A DNA stretch of 64,000 nucleotides from Planctomycetota bacterium (GCA_038231435.1 JBBRLJ010000014.1:50010-114009); one strand, 5' to 3'; positions 1-10,697 are shown, counted from the stretch's first letter. The notes: generated by a model not told the origin, from the letters alone. Translations and numbers: made by a program.

Positions 1-1
1 C

Positions 2-349
2 GCCGTGGTGCATCTCAGCTGGACCACGTCTTCCGATGCCACGCTCGGCTACCTGGTCTTCCGCTCGCCAGCCGCGAACGGACCCTTCGTCCGCGTCACC
101 GCTACGCCGGTGTCGGGGACCAGCTTCGATGACACACCTGGCACCGGCGCCTGGTACTACCTGATCAAGGCGGTCCATCGCGAAGTCTCGACAAGCGGCA
201 GCTACATCGACACCAGCGTCGGTTCCGCGGCCTCTGTCACCGTGGTTCCAGCCGACGGTGGTTCGCAACAGACCAAGTGCGGAGTCGGCTCGATCGGATT
301 CGTGCTCGCTTATCTGGGGCTGCGCGTCCTGCGTCGCCGCCGCGGCTGA
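2..349 (+). CDS. 3' end of a secreted protein (FnIII/Ig-like domain) with a C-terminal sorting signal; 5'-truncated by the window edge
   Basis: Frame is open from the window start. LSW..S..GYLVFRS...SFDDT...WYYLIKAV is FnIII-like. Ends in KCGVGS, a hydrophobic helix and RRRRG. Confidence 0.75.
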   Translation, partial: AVVHLSWTTSSDATLGYLVFRSPAANGPFVRVTATPVSGTSFDDTPGTGAWYYLIKAVHREVSTSGSYIDTSVGSAASVTVVPADGGSQQTKCGVGSIGFVLAYLGLRVLRRRRG

Positions 350-397
350 GCCTCGATGGAGCGCCGAGGCTGGCGCCGGGGCACTCGACCCAACTGT

Positions 398-1324
398 TCA
401 GCTCGATGCAACCCGCAGGTGGCGCTCGAGGAACGCCATCGCCGCCGAGCGCATCACTGGAAGCTCGAGATGTCCGACGGGGTGCCGATCCAGGCTCCAG
501 CACTCCGGATGGCCGAGCTCGGCGTAGTAGCGTAGGAGATCGGCGTCGACGATGTCGAGGCCAGCGACCGGCGTGAGGTCGTCATGGATTCCCGCGAGCG
601 CCAGATGCGGGCGCGGCGCGATCAGACGGTTGATATCGGCCGTGCTGGCGTGCTTCAACAGGCCTGGCACATAATAGTACGGTCCATGGAGGGACTTGGT
701 CGCGGCGAAAGTGTGGATATCGGTGAGGCAGCAGATGTCGACGCACGCCGCGATGCGCGGGTCGAGAGCGGCCATCCACCACGCCATGGTGCTGCCCATC
801 GACATGCCGAGCGTGGCTAGGCGTGCGCCGTCGACATCGTCGCGGCCGAGCAGGTAGTCGACCGCGCGCAGGCTGTCGTGGCACATCATTCCCCACATGA
901 CCTGGCCGCGCCAGAGCATGTTCATGGCGATGTGCATCTCGGAGTCGGTGTGCCGTTCGCCGAAACCCCAATGATCTATCGCGAGCGCCGCCATGCCTCG
1001 ACGCGTGAACTCGGCAGCGTAGGGAAGCCGCTCCTGGTAGGGAGCCGACGCGATCAGTTCGTGCTTGCCGACATCGTAGAAGCCGCCGTGGCTGTGGTTG
1101 TAGAGCACGGTCGGCCATGGCCCCGAGCCGCCCAACGGGCGCACGAACAGCGCCGGCACCAGCTCGATGCCGTTGAGATCGAGACGCAGGCGCTCGAGAC
1201 GATATCCATCCTGGACGCTCGTCGATAGCACCTCGCAACGCGGAATGCCGCGCTCGGTGGGGCGATCGCCGAGCAGCGACCACAAGCGCGCGCGCTGCTC
1301 GACGTGGCTGACGGGTTCGATCAT
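398..1324 (-). CDS. Alpha/beta hydrolase (dienelactone hydrolase / acetylxylan esterase-like)
   Basis: Nucleophile elbow GMSMG, YNHSHGG oxyanion region, and C-terminal Asp/His candidates (GIHDDL, VGHLE). Confidence 0.85.
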   Translation of the reverse strand: MIEPVSHVEQRARLWSLLGDRPTERGIPRCEVLSTSVQDGYRLERLRLDLNGIELVPALFVRPLGGSGPWPTVLYNHSHGGFYDVGKHELIASAPYQERLPYAAEFTRRGMAALAIDHWGFGERHTDSEMHIAMNMLWRGQVMWGMMCHDSLRAVDYLLGRDDVDGARLATLGMSMGSTMAWWMAALDPRIAACVDICCLTDIHTFAATKSLHGPYYYVPGLLKHASTADINRLIAPRPHLALAGIHDDLTPVAGLDIVDADLLRYYAELGHPECWSLDRHPVGHLELPVMRSAAMAFLERHLRVASS

Positions 1325-1571
1325 CGTGATGACATCGCTCGCGGGCCGTATCCACGCCGCGAATGCACGACTCCGCCGGTTCGCGGCGGGTCGAGAGTTC
1401 CGATCTCGCGCCCACGGATCTGCAGCCCAGTGGCAATCGCCGTCATCGCATGTTCCCCGCCCGATCCGGGCTCGAGTCGACCGTATGGGACGGACGTAGA
1501 CGAACCAGCTCGGATCAGCCGGACGACACCTGGCAGCGGCTCGCGGCCCGGTTACGAATCACCAGGCACCG

Positions 1572-2258
1572 ATGTCGATCACGACCATCAAAAGCACCCT
1601 CGCACGCTGGTTCCCCCGCCCGTACCGCGCGTTGGCCGCGCTGCGCGCTCGCTTCATCACCAGGCGCAGCCGGTTCTCGCGCATGTATCACGAGAATGCT
1701 TGGAACGATTCCGAGTCGCGTTCCGGGCGTGGATCCCGCCTCGACGAGACGCGCTCCTTGCGCGCGGCCCTACCCGGACTGCTCGTTGAACTGCGGGTGC
1801 GATCGATGCTCGACGCGCCATGTGGTGATTTGAACTGGATGAGTCAGGTCGACCTCGGCGGCATCGAGTACATCGGGGCCGACATCGTCCCTGAACTGAT
1901 AACCGACAATAGACTCCGCTTCGCGAGCCCGACTCGCGGCTTCCGCGTGCTCGACCTGGTCGCCTCGACCCTGCCACGCGTCGACCTGGTGTTGTGCCGG
2001 GACTGCCTCGTTCATCTGTCACATGCCGAGATCTCGCGAGTGCTGCGCAACATCATAGCGAGCGGGGCGCGATACCTGCTGACCACAACCTTCATCGAGG
2101 TGCGCACGAACGAGGACATCGCCACCGGCGGGTGGCGCCGCATCGATCTCCGGCTGCCCCCCTTCTCGTGGCCCGAGCCCAGACTCCTCATCGCGGAAGG
2201 CTCGAGCGAACAAGCCGACAAACGTCTCGGACTCTGGGATCTGGATAACCTGCGCTGA
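1572..2258 (+). CDS. Class I SAM-dependent methyltransferase
   Basis: SxSGxGS N-terminal motif, MLDAPCGD motif I, YIGADIV, DLVLCRDCLVHL. Confidence 0.85.
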   Translation: MSITTIKSTLARWFPRPYRALAALRARFITRRSRFSRMYHENAWNDSESRSGRGSRLDETRSLRAALPGLLVELRVRSMLDAPCGDLNWMSQVDLGGIEYIGADIVPELITDNRLRFASPTRGFRVLDLVASTLPRVDLVLCRDCLVHLSHAEISRVLRNIIASGARYLLTTTFIEVRTNEDIATGGWRRIDLRLPPFSWPEPRLLIAEGSSEQADKRLGLWDLDNLR

Positions 2259-2365
2259 CACCGCCCCTCTGTACGAGGCGAGACATCCGCACGGAACGTC
2301 TACCCATGACCCACGCACAGGCTCCTTGCCCATTCCCTACTCGCATCCCCCTCTATCCTGTCGCG

Positions 2366-3328
2366 ATGCATATCGTCACCGGCGGGGCCGGCTTCATCGG
2401 CAGCAACATCGTCAAGGGTCTCAACGCACGCGGAGTCACCGACATCCTGGTGGTCGATGATCTCACGCAGGGTGACAAGCACCGCAATCTCGATGGCCTG
2501 TCGTTCTCGGACGTCCTGGATTTCCGTGATTTCCGCACCCGCTTGCCCGCTTTCGGCGGGGTCGAGGCGATCCTGCACCAGGGCGCCTGCTCCGATACCA
2601 TGCAAGGCGATGGGCGCTACATGCTCGACGTCAATTACGAGTACAGCAAGGAACTGCTCGCCTACGCCCTCGCCAAGCGCGTGCCGTTCCTCTACGCATC
2701 CTCGGCCAGCGTCTATGGCGACGGTACCGCCGGCTTCCGCGAGGATCCGGCCTGCGAGCGCCCGCTGAACGTCTACGCCTTCTCCAAGCTGCTCTTCGAC
2801 CGCTGGGTGCGCAAGCACGCCTCGCGACCGTCCTCGCCGGTGATCGGGCTGCGCTACTTCAACGTCTTCGGACCGCGCGAATGGCACAAGGGGCGCATGG
2901 CCTCGGTGGTGTTCCATTTCCACAACCAGGTGGCGGCCGGTGGCGCGCTGAAATTGTTCGCGGGCAGCGAGGGCTTCCGCCGCGACTTCATCTTCGTCGA
3001 CGACGTGGTCGACGTGAACCTGCACTTCCTGGCGACTCCGCCCTTGCCGACGAAGAACGGCCGCGCGGACATCCTCAATTGCGGGACCGGCGCGGCGCGC
3101 TCCTTCCAGGATCTCGCCGCCATCGTCGCGCGCGAACGCGCCGGCGCGCGCATCGAGTCGGTGCCGTTCCCGGCCGCCCTGCACGGCAAGTACCAGGCGT
3201 TCACCCAGGCGGATCTGGCGCGCCTGCGTGACGCCGGCTACACCAAGCCCTTCACCTCGCTTGAGGACGGCGTGAGCTCGTATCTGCGCGCGCTCGCCTT
3301 CGGCGGCCTGGGAGTCGCCGCGCCGTGA
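2366..3328 (+). CDS. hldD: ADP-L-glycero-D-manno-heptose 6-epimerase
   Basis: IVTGGAGFIGSNIV, HQGACSDT, YASSASVYG, PLNVYAFSK, RYFNVFGPREWHKGRMAS, GKYQAFTQAD. Start placed at the ATG at 2366. Confidence 0.95.
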   Translation: MHIVTGGAGFIGSNIVKGLNARGVTDILVVDDLTQGDKHRNLDGLSFSDVLDFRDFRTRLPAFGGVEAILHQGACSDTMQGDGRYMLDVNYEYSKELLAYALAKRVPFLYASSASVYGDGTAGFREDPACERPLNVYAFSKLLFDRWVRKHASRPSSPVIGLRYFNVFGPREWHKGRMASVVFHFHNQVAAGGALKLFAGSEGFRRDFIFVDDVVDVNLHFLATPPLPTKNGRADILNCGTGAARSFQDLAAIVARERAGARIESVPFPAALHGKYQAFTQADLARLRDAGYTKPFTSLEDGVSSYLRALAFGGLGVAAP

Positions 3329-3383
3329 GCCGCCGCATCAGCAGCCTTCTCCACGACCGGCGTGGGCCCGGATCGGCGCCCGC

Positions 3384-3926
3384 ATGACCCAGGTCATCAT
3401 CCTCGATCGCGACGGCACCATCAACGTCGATCGCCCCGACTATGTGAAGGAGCTCTCCGAGCTGGTGATCATCCCGGGCGCCGGCGAAGCCATCGCGCGC
3501 CTCTGCCGCGTTGGCTACAGCGTGCTGGTGTGCACCAACCAGTCCTGCGTCGGCAAGGGCCTGATCACCAGCGAACGCCTCGCCGAGATCAACAACGAGC
3601 TCGAGCGCCGGCTCGCCGCGGTCGGCGCGCGCATCGCGCGCTTCTACGTCTGCCCCCATGTCGACTCTGACCTGTGCACCTGCCGCAAACCGCTCCCCGG
3701 GCTCGCCGAAACCGCGCGCCGCGATTGGGGTTTCGATCCTGCCATCACCTGGGCGATCGGCGATGCCACGCGCGACGCGCGGATGGCGCGCGGCGCCGGC
3801 TGCAAACCGGCCTTGGTGTTGACCGGGAAGGGCGAGACATCCCGCCTCGAGATCCCGGAGGTCCCGGCCTTCAAGGATCTGGGAGCGTTCGTGGACATGG
3901 TGGTGGCTCAACCCGGGATCGGCTGA
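3384..3926 (+). CDS. gmhB: D-glycero-D-manno-heptose 1,7-bisphosphate phosphatase
   Basis: LDRDGTIN HAD motif, TNQS, Zn motif CPH...CTCRKP, IGD. Lies between hldD and hldE. Confidence 0.9.
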   Translation: MTQVIILDRDGTINVDRPDYVKELSELVIIPGAGEAIARLCRVGYSVLVCTNQSCVGKGLITSERLAEINNELERRLAAVGARIARFYVCPHVDSDLCTCRKPLPGLAETARRDWGFDPAITWAIGDATRDARMARGAGCKPALVLTGKGETSRLEIPEVPAFKDLGAFVDMVVAQPGIG

Positions 3927-4080
3927 GTGTTAACGGGCGTGCGGCGTACGACGTGCGGTGTGCGGCGATGGATACCCGGGTGAATGTGCGTCTTTTCTCG
4001 AGTACATCCCTCACCGTCCCGCCTCGCGCCACCCGCACGTCTCATCTTTCCCTACCCGCTCAGAGAGGCATACTGTCGCC

Positions 4081-5550
4081 ATGTTCGCCGCACCCGATCT
4101 GATCCTGCGGCTGCTCGACTCGCGCTTCGAGCGGCGGACCTGCCTGGTGATCGGCGACGTGATGCTCGACCGCTACCTGTGGGGCGAGGTCAGCCGCATC
4201 TCACCCGAGGCCCCGGTGCCGGTGCTGCGGGTGAAACGGCATAGCGTGAACCTGGGCGGCGCGGGCAACGTCGCGCGCAACCTCGCCGAGCTTGGGCTGT
4301 TCGCCACCCTCATCGGCGTGGTCGGCGACGATGTCGAGGCATCGCTGCTGCGCCAGACCTGCGCTGGCGGCGGCATGGATCTGTCATCGCTGCATGTCAT
4401 ATCCGGTCGCCCGACCATCACCAAGACGCGCATCGTCGGCGCGCACCAGCAGATGCTGCGCCTGGATGTCGAGGATACCTCGCCCCTGCCCGGCTCGGCC
4501 GAGGAGGCGATCATCGTGGCGGCCGAGGCGCGCATCGCCGGCGGCGCGGCAGCGGTGTTCCTCTCGGATTACGGCAAGGGCGTGGTCAGCGAGCGCGTCG
4601 CGCGCGCGGTGATCATGGCCGCCCAGGCGCGCCACGTGCCGGTGCTGGTGGACCCCAAGGGGGTCGACTACGCGAAGTACGCCGGCGCCACCACCGTGAC
4701 CCCCAACCTGAGCGAGCTCGCCGCCGCCACCGCGGTCGATCGCGAGGATCTCGACAAGCTGATCGCCGCCGGCGGGGAGATGCGCAAGCGGCTCGGGCTC
4801 GATTTCCTCACCTTCACCCGCGGCGAGCACGGCATCACCGTGATCGAGGCTGACCACGTCACCCACATCCCGGCGCAGGCGCAGGACGTGTTCGACGTCT
4901 CAGGCGCCGGCGACAGTTGCATCGCGGTCCTAGGTGCCTGCCTGGCGTGCGGCGTGCATCCGGTCGACGCCACGCGCCTGGCGAATCTCGCCGGCGGCAT
5001 CGTCGTCGGCAAGGTCGGCACCGTGCCGGTCACCCTGGCCGAGCTGCGCGACCGCACCATGGCCGCGCCCGAGATCGGCTATGCCGGCAAGGTGCGGACG
5101 CGCGAGCAGGCCGCGATCGCCTGCGAGGCCTGGCGCCGACGCGGCCAGAAGGTCGTGTTCACCAATGGCTGCTTCGACATCCTGCACGCCGGCCACGTGC
5201 ACATGCTCGAGGAGGCCCGCCGTGCCGGCGATCGCCTGGTGGTGGGCCTGAACGCCGACGATTCGGTGCGCCGGCTCAAAGGCGAGAATCGTCCGGTGAA
5301 CAATCAGGCAGACCGCGCGAGTCTGCTCGCCGCGCTGGCCTCGGTGGATGCGGTGGTGGTGTTCGGCGAGGATACGCCGCTCGAGTTGATCAAGACGCTC
5401 AAGCCCGATGCCCTGGTGAAGGGCGCTGACTACAGCGAAGACCAGATCGTCGGGGCCGCCGAGGTCCGGTCGTGGGGCGGCACGATCGTGCGGGCGCAGC
5501 TGCTCGAGGGACGGTCGACGACGGGGACGATCGGGAAGATGAAGGGATAG
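4081..5550 (+). CDS. hldE: Bifunctional heptose-7-phosphate kinase / heptose-1-phosphate adenylyltransferase
   Basis: GDVMLDRY..G.V.RISPEAPVPV, DVSGAGD, then FTNGCFDILHAGH and KGADY in the cytidylyltransferase domain. Confidence 0.95.
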   Translation: MFAAPDLILRLLDSRFERRTCLVIGDVMLDRYLWGEVSRISPEAPVPVLRVKRHSVNLGGAGNVARNLAELGLFATLIGVVGDDVEASLLRQTCAGGGMDLSSLHVISGRPTITKTRIVGAHQQMLRLDVEDTSPLPGSAEEAIIVAAEARIAGGAAAVFLSDYGKGVVSERVARAVIMAAQARHVPVLVDPKGVDYAKYAGATTVTPNLSELAAATAVDREDLDKLIAAGGEMRKRLGLDFLTFTRGEHGITVIEADHVTHIPAQAQDVFDVSGAGDSCIAVLGACLACGVHPVDATRLANLAGGIVVGKVGTVPVTLAELRDRTMAAPEIGYAGKVRTREQAAIACEAWRRRGQKVVFTNGCFDILHAGHVHMLEEARRAGDRLVVGLNADDSVRRLKGENRPVNNQADRASLLAALASVDAVVVFGEDTPLELIKTLKPDALVKGADYSEDQIVGAAEVRSWGGTIVRAQLLEGRSTTGTIGKMKG

Positions 5551-5715
5551 GATGAAGGGATAGGGCGCGACGTGGCCTTCCCGTCGTGAGGCTGGCGCGC
5601 GCGTCACGGACATCCGGCGGATGCGGCGCAAGAGCCGAGACGCGCGCACTGGCGAAAGCCTTAGAAGCACCCCGGGCCTGGACGCCATCCATCCACCGCG
5701 ACAATCCGCCTCATT

Positions 5716-8364
5716 ATGACCACCCTCTCGCTCGACGGCCTCTGGCACTTCCGCATCCATGGCGCTCCGCGCGGCGCCGAGGCTAAGACCGCGGGTCTCA
5801 CCCGCTGGATGCCAGCATCGATGCCGGGCACCGTGCACTACGCCTTGCAGAAGCTCGGCAAGATCGAGGACCCGTTCGACGACCGCAACGAGTTGGCCGT
5901 CCAGTGGCTCGACGAGCAGGACTGGGAGCTGCGTCGCATCGTCACGGCGAGCGCCGCCGATTGCGCGCGCTCGCGCCAGGAGCTGGTGTTCGAGGGCATC
6001 GACACGGCCGCGACCATCACCCTCAACGGCAAGCGCGTGGGGGCCTCGGCCAACATGTTCAGGCGCGTGGTCTGCGACGTGCGCGGAGCGCTCAAGCCCG
6101 GCCGCAATGAACTGATGGTGGTGATCGAAAGCCCCACCGCGTACGCGAAGGCGCAGTGGCAGGCCGGCAAGGATCGCGTCGCCGCCGGCGACTTCCGCTG
6201 GCAGACCGGCGAGGTGCGCTCCACCTGGCGCGGCTGGATCCGCAAGGTGCAGTGCCACTTCGGCTGGGACTGGGGCACCTACCTAGCCACCAGCGGCGTC
6301 TGGCAGCCGGCACGCCTCGAATGCGCCGACACCCCGCGCATCGCCTACGTGCAGGCCGCGCAGACCCACATCGGTCCCGCCGGTGCGCCCCGCGCGGTGG
6401 AAGTACGCGTGGATGTGCACCTGGAGTCTGCCGCCGCGTCGAGCGGCAGCGTGGTGGCCATCCTGATGGGCGGCGAGATGCCGAGGGACGACCGCCGCGA
6501 ACGCGCGGTGATCTCGTCGGCGACCGAGGTCAAGGTGCGCGCGGGCGAGAGCGTCGCGACCATCACCTTGATGGTCGACAAGCCGATCCTGTGGTGGCCA
6601 GCGGGCGAGGGTCCGCAGTACCTCTATTACCTGTCGGTCCATTTCATGGACGATCGCGGCAACCGCAGCCCCGATGTGCTGAAGAAGATCGGCCTGCGCA
6701 CCTGCGAAGTGGTGACCGAGAAGGACCAAGCCCCCGACGGTAAACCCGCCGAAAGCTTCCTCTTCCGCGTCAATGGGCGCCCGGTGTACGCCAAGGGCGC
6801 GAACTGGATCCCCGCCGACCAGTTCGTCGACCGTTGTTCAATCGAGGTCTACCGTCACCTGCTGGGTTCGATGGTCGAGGCCAACATGAACATGGTGCGG
6901 GTATGGGGCGGCGGGTGGTACGAGCAGGAGTCGTTCTACGACATCTGCGACGAACTCGGCCTATTGGTGTGGCAGGATTTCATGATGGCCTGCGCGCTCT
7001 ACCCCGACACCAAGGACTTCATCCGCGAACTCACAGCCGAGGCGCGCCATCAGGTTCGGCGGCTGTCCTCGCGTCCGTCCATCGCTCTGTGGTGCGGCGA
7101 CAATGAGAACCAGACCGGCGTCGCGCACTGGTGGAAGAAGCAGCCAGAAAACCAGGGCAAGGACATCGAGGGCATCTACCGCAAGGTGATGGAAGCGCTG
7201 TGGAAGACCTGCGAGTTCGAGGATCCGACGCGCCGCTTCTGGCCGTCGAGCCCGTGCAACGGCGTCATCGACGCGGATCCAGATTCGCCGAATCGCGGCG
7301 ACGTCCACTACTGGGCGGTGTGGCACGGCAAACAGCCGTTCAGCAACTACCACACGGTGAAGCCGCGCTTCGCCTCGGAATTCGGTTTCCAATCATTTCC
7401 CGAGCCTCGCACGCTCACCGCGGTGGTGCCGCGCGTCGAGCTGAATCCGTCGAGTCGCGTCATGGAACACCACCAGCGTTCGCCCGATGGCAACCTGATG
7501 ATCACCAACACCATGGCGCGCGAGATGCGCATCCCGAATGATTTCGACGCCTTTTGCTGGGTGTCGCAGATCAACCAGGCGATGGCGATCCGCACCGCCG
7601 TCGAGCATTGGCGACGCTTGAAGCCGTGGTGCATGGGCACCATCTATTGGCAGGTGAACGACCTGTGGCCGGTTGCCTCGTGGTCGTCGATCGATTATCA
7701 CGGTCGCTGGAAGGTGCTGCACCACGAGGCCAAGCGCTTCTATGCGCCGCTATTGGCGAGCATCGTCCACGAAAAAACCCATGGCAAGGAGCGCCTGGCG
7801 GTGTGGGCAACTTCCGACCTGCCGCGCGCGCTCGCGCTCGAGGGCTGGCTGGAGGTCTTCACCTGGTCGGGCAAGCGCATCGCCAGAGTGAGCGTGCGCG
7901 GTGCGCTCGCGGCTGGCGCCAGCAAGAGCCTCGCCTCGTTCGACGTGGCCAAGCTGCTCGCCGGCAAGGCCGAGCCACACCAGGTCTGCTGCTTCGTCAC
8001 CCTCGACGAACGCGCCTCCAAGCGCGGGGTCGCGACCGAGGATCGCGCCCATGCCGAGAACCACGCCACCCTGGTGCCATGGAAGTGGGCCTCGATCGAA
8101 GCCCCGCGCCTGTCACAGCGGCTCTCGGCGCGCGCCGATGGCATCGAGCTGACGGTCCGCGCCAAGAACGTGGTTCCGTTCTTCCACGCCGAATTCTCAG
8201 GCCTCGAAGGGCATTTCGACGCGGATTGGCAGGTGCTCCGTCCGGGTACCAGCCACGCCATGACCTACGTTCCCCACTACGACCGTGGCGCCACCATGCC
8301 CAGACCGCTCGAGGCGAAGGCGAAGCTCACGACCATGTCGCTGTGGGATACGTTCGCCCATTAG
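5716..8364 (+). CDS. Glycoside hydrolase family 2, beta-mannosidase-like
   Basis: FEGIDT, RKVQCHFGWDWG, KGANWIP, NMVRVWGGG, WQDFMMAC, WCGDNE (acid/base), FASEFG (nucleophile), WQVNDLWPVASWSSIDY. Confidence 0.9.
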   Translation: MTTLSLDGLWHFRIHGAPRGAEAKTAGLTRWMPASMPGTVHYALQKLGKIEDPFDDRNELAVQWLDEQDWELRRIVTASAADCARSRQELVFEGIDTAATITLNGKRVGASANMFRRVVCDVRGALKPGRNELMVVIESPTAYAKAQWQAGKDRVAAGDFRWQTGEVRSTWRGWIRKVQCHFGWDWGTYLATSGVWQPARLECADTPRIAYVQAAQTHIGPAGAPRAVEVRVDVHLESAAASSGSVVAILMGGEMPRDDRRERAVISSATEVKVRAGESVATITLMVDKPILWWPAGEGPQYLYYLSVHFMDDRGNRSPDVLKKIGLRTCEVVTEKDQAPDGKPAESFLFRVNGRPVYAKGANWIPADQFVDRCSIEVYRHLLGSMVEANMNMVRVWGGGWYEQESFYDICDELGLLVWQDFMMACALYPDTKDFIRELTAEARHQVRRLSSRPSIALWCGDNENQTGVAHWWKKQPENQGKDIEGIYRKVMEALWKTCEFEDPTRRFWPSSPCNGVIDADPDSPNRGDVHYWAVWHGKQPFSNYHTVKPRFASEFGFQSFPEPRTLTAVVPRVELNPSSRVMEHHQRSPDGNLMITNTMAREMRIPNDFDAFCWVSQINQAMAIRTAVEHWRRLKPWCMGTIYWQVNDLWPVASWSSIDYHGRWKVLHHEAKRFYAPLLASIVHEKTHGKERLAVWATSDLPRALALEGWLEVFTWSGKRIARVSVRGALAAGASKSLASFDVAKLLAGKAEPHQVCCFVTLDERASKRGVATEDRAHAENHATLVPWKWASIEAPRLSQRLSARADGIELTVRAKNVVPFFHAEFSGLEGHFDADWQVLRPGTSHAMTYVPHYDRGATMPRPLEAKAKLTTMSLWDTFAH

Positions 8365-8456
8365 GAAGCGCACACGGTTCTCGGCCCGCGGATGAGCCGA
8401 TCCGCGGGCCATGGAGATAGCGGAATGGCAGGCCCTTGCGGGCTAGTCCACTCCCG

Positions 8457-10697
8457 TCAGACCGCCGCTTCCTTCGCCAGCATCTCCGCGACGCGATCGG
8501 CGAAGACATCGATGGCGAAGGGCTTCTGCATATAGCTGGTGTCGGGTTCGCCGAGGATTTGGGCCAAACCGGTGTCGCCGCCATAGCCCGAGATGAACAA
8601 GGTGCGCAGGCCCGGCTGGGCTCCGACCAGGCGGTCGCGCAGCTCTCGGCCGGTCATGCCTGGCATCAACATGTCGGTGATCAGCAGCGATAGCCCTCCG
8701 TCGATCGAGGCCGCGACGACGAGTGCCTCGTTGCCGCTGGCCGCGCCCACCACCCGATACCCGCGACCGCGCAGCACCTGGACGCCGAGTTCGCGCAGAT
8801 CACGCTCGTCGTCGACCAACAGGATCATCCGGTCATCCGGGCGCGCGGGCGCGATGGTCGGCGAGCCCACGCGGGTCGTCTCCGGCGCTTGGACCGGCAG
8901 GCGCCGCAGATGGATGGTGAAACGGCTGCCCTGGCCAGGCGTACTCGCGACGGCGACGAATCCCCCGCTCTGGGTAACGATGCCGTAGACCGTCGACAGC
9001 CCCATGCCGGTGCCCTTGCCTTGGGGCTTGGTGGTGAAGAACGGCTCGAACAGCCGTGACATCACCTCGGGCGTCATGCCACAGCCGGTGTCGGCGACCT
9101 CGAGCACGCACCATTCACCCGCCGGGATGATGCCTTCGGGTGAAGCCTCGGGGCGAGCCAGCGAGCGCTGGCGGGTACTGATCGTCACCGTCCCGCCGTC
9201 GGGCATCGCATCGCGGCTGTTGAGACAGAGGTTCATGATCACCTGCTGGATCTGCCTGCTGTCCGCGCGCAGGGTGCCGAGTTCTGGCGAGAGCGAGAGC
9301 TCGATGAGCACGTGTGAGCCGAGCACATGGTTCAGCATCTCGGCCGTGTCCTCGACGACCCGATTCAGGTGGACCACCTCGGGCGCGAGCACCTGCCGCC
9401 GGCCGAACGCCAGCAACTGCGCGGTGAGCTTGGCGGAGCTCTCGGCCGCGCGCAGCGCGAGATCGACGTGGCGATGGCTGGGGTGCCCCGGCGGCAGTTC
9501 GCGCTTGAGCAGCTGGGCATGGCCCATGATCACCGACAGCATGTTGTTGAAATCGTGCGCGATACCGCCGGCGAGCTGGCCGATGGCTTCCATCTTCTGC
9601 GCTTGGCGGAGCTGGTCCTCGAGCCGCTTGCGCTCGGTGACGTCCATCGCAACGCCGGTCGCGCGCAGCGGCCGGCCGTCGCTCGCTCGCATGAGATCGC
9701 CGCTGGCCGCGATCCATCGGACATCTCCGGACGGCTGGACTACCCGGTACTCGATGGTGTACGGCTCCCCCTTCTGCATCGCCTCGGCGACGGCCAGTAC
9801 CAGCGACTCGCGATCGTCGGGATGGACGCAGCGCAGGTAGGCCTGGAAGTTGCCCTCGAATGAACCGGGGGCCTGGCCTAGGAGGCGTTCCATGTTCTCC
9901 GACCAGGTGACGGCGTCGGTCGTGAGATCGCGCTCCCACGTGCCCATCCGTGCCGCAGTCATCGCCTGGCGCAGATGCAGCTCGCTCGAGCGCAGCGCCT
10001 CCTCGCCGCGCTTGCGGTCGGTGACATCGTGGATGATCGAGTACAGGTGCTCGCGCCCGTCGATGTCCATCGGGCTCGAATGGATCTCGACGTCGCGGGT
10101 CTCTCCGCTGGCGAGGCGGTGACGGAATTGCAGCACGTACTTCAGCCGCTTGCGCACCAGCTCCATCTCGGCGCTGATCTCCTCGGGGGTCAGCGTGTTG
10201 ATCTGCTCGAGGCGCATGCCGCGGAGCTTCTCGATCGGATAGCCATAGAACGTGCTGGCTGCGGGATTGGCGTCGACGATGACGCGGGTAGTCGGGTCTA
10301 GCACCCACTGCACGGCGTGATTGCGCTCGAACATCTGCCGGTATCTGCTCTCGCTCGCGCGCAGCGCATCGATGCCGTGTAGGCGCGCCACCACCAAGTT
10401 GGTCACCAGCATGCCCACGCCGAGGAATACGCTCAGACGCAGGACGCGCGCCACCATGGGGAGATCACTCGACGGCGAGACTGACAGCTGGTCGCCAGCT
10501 AACGCGGCCAACACCGTCACCAACAGGCCCGGGCCCATGCCGCAGAAACGCGCGCTGATGATCACCGGCAGGAAGTAGAGCACCACGAATGGCGTGCGGT
10601 CGCCGATCAGAGGATCGAGGGCCTCGCGCACGGCCAGGGTCGCCGCGACCGAGCCCAGGGCGAGCGCGTAGCGGTAGCGGACGGCGCGGAATGGCAT
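8457..10697 (-). CDS. Membrane hybrid sensor histidine kinase (DUF4118-like TM, 2 PAS, HisKA, HATPase, receiver)
   Basis: AGGIAHDFNN H-box, NLCLNSRDAM, DTGCGM, FEPFFTTK..GKGTGMGL, receiver LLVDDE..LITDM..KPF. Start chosen at ATG 10697. Confidence 0.9.
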   Translation of the reverse strand: MPFRAVRYRYALALGSVAATLAVREALDPLIGDRTPFVVLYFLPVIISARFCGMGPGLLVTVLAALAGDQLSVSPSSDLPMVARVLRLSVFLGVGMLVTNLVVARLHGIDALRASESRYRQMFERNHAVQWVLDPTTRVIVDANPAASTFYGYPIEKLRGMRLEQINTLTPEEISAEMELVRKRLKYVLQFRHRLASGETRDVEIHSSPMDIDGREHLYSIIHDVTDRKRGEEALRSSELHLRQAMTAARMGTWERDLTTDAVTWSENMERLLGQAPGSFEGNFQAYLRCVHPDDRESLVLAVAEAMQKGEPYTIEYRVVQPSGDVRWIAASGDLMRASDGRPLRATGVAMDVTERKRLEDQLRQAQKMEAIGQLAGGIAHDFNNMLSVIMGHAQLLKRELPPGHPSHRHVDLALRAAESSAKLTAQLLAFGRRQVLAPEVVHLNRVVEDTAEMLNHVLGSHVLIELSLSPELGTLRADSRQIQQVIMNLCLNSRDAMPDGGTVTISTRQRSLARPEASPEGIIPAGEWCVLEVADTGCGMTPEVMSRLFEPFFTTKPQGKGTGMGLSTVYGIVTQSGGFVAVASTPGQGSRFTIHLRRLPVQAPETTRVGSPTIAPARPDDRMILLVDDERDLRELGVQVLRGRGYRVVGAASGNEALVVAASIDGGLSLLITDMLMPGMTGRELRDRLVGAQPGLRTLFISGYGGDTGLAQILGEPDTSYMQKPFAIDVFADRVAEMLAKEAAV

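Noticed and set aside
2366..5550. Absence of gmhA from the heptose cluster as a novelty
   Set aside because: gmhA is often encoded elsewhere in the genome, so this is not informative from one window.
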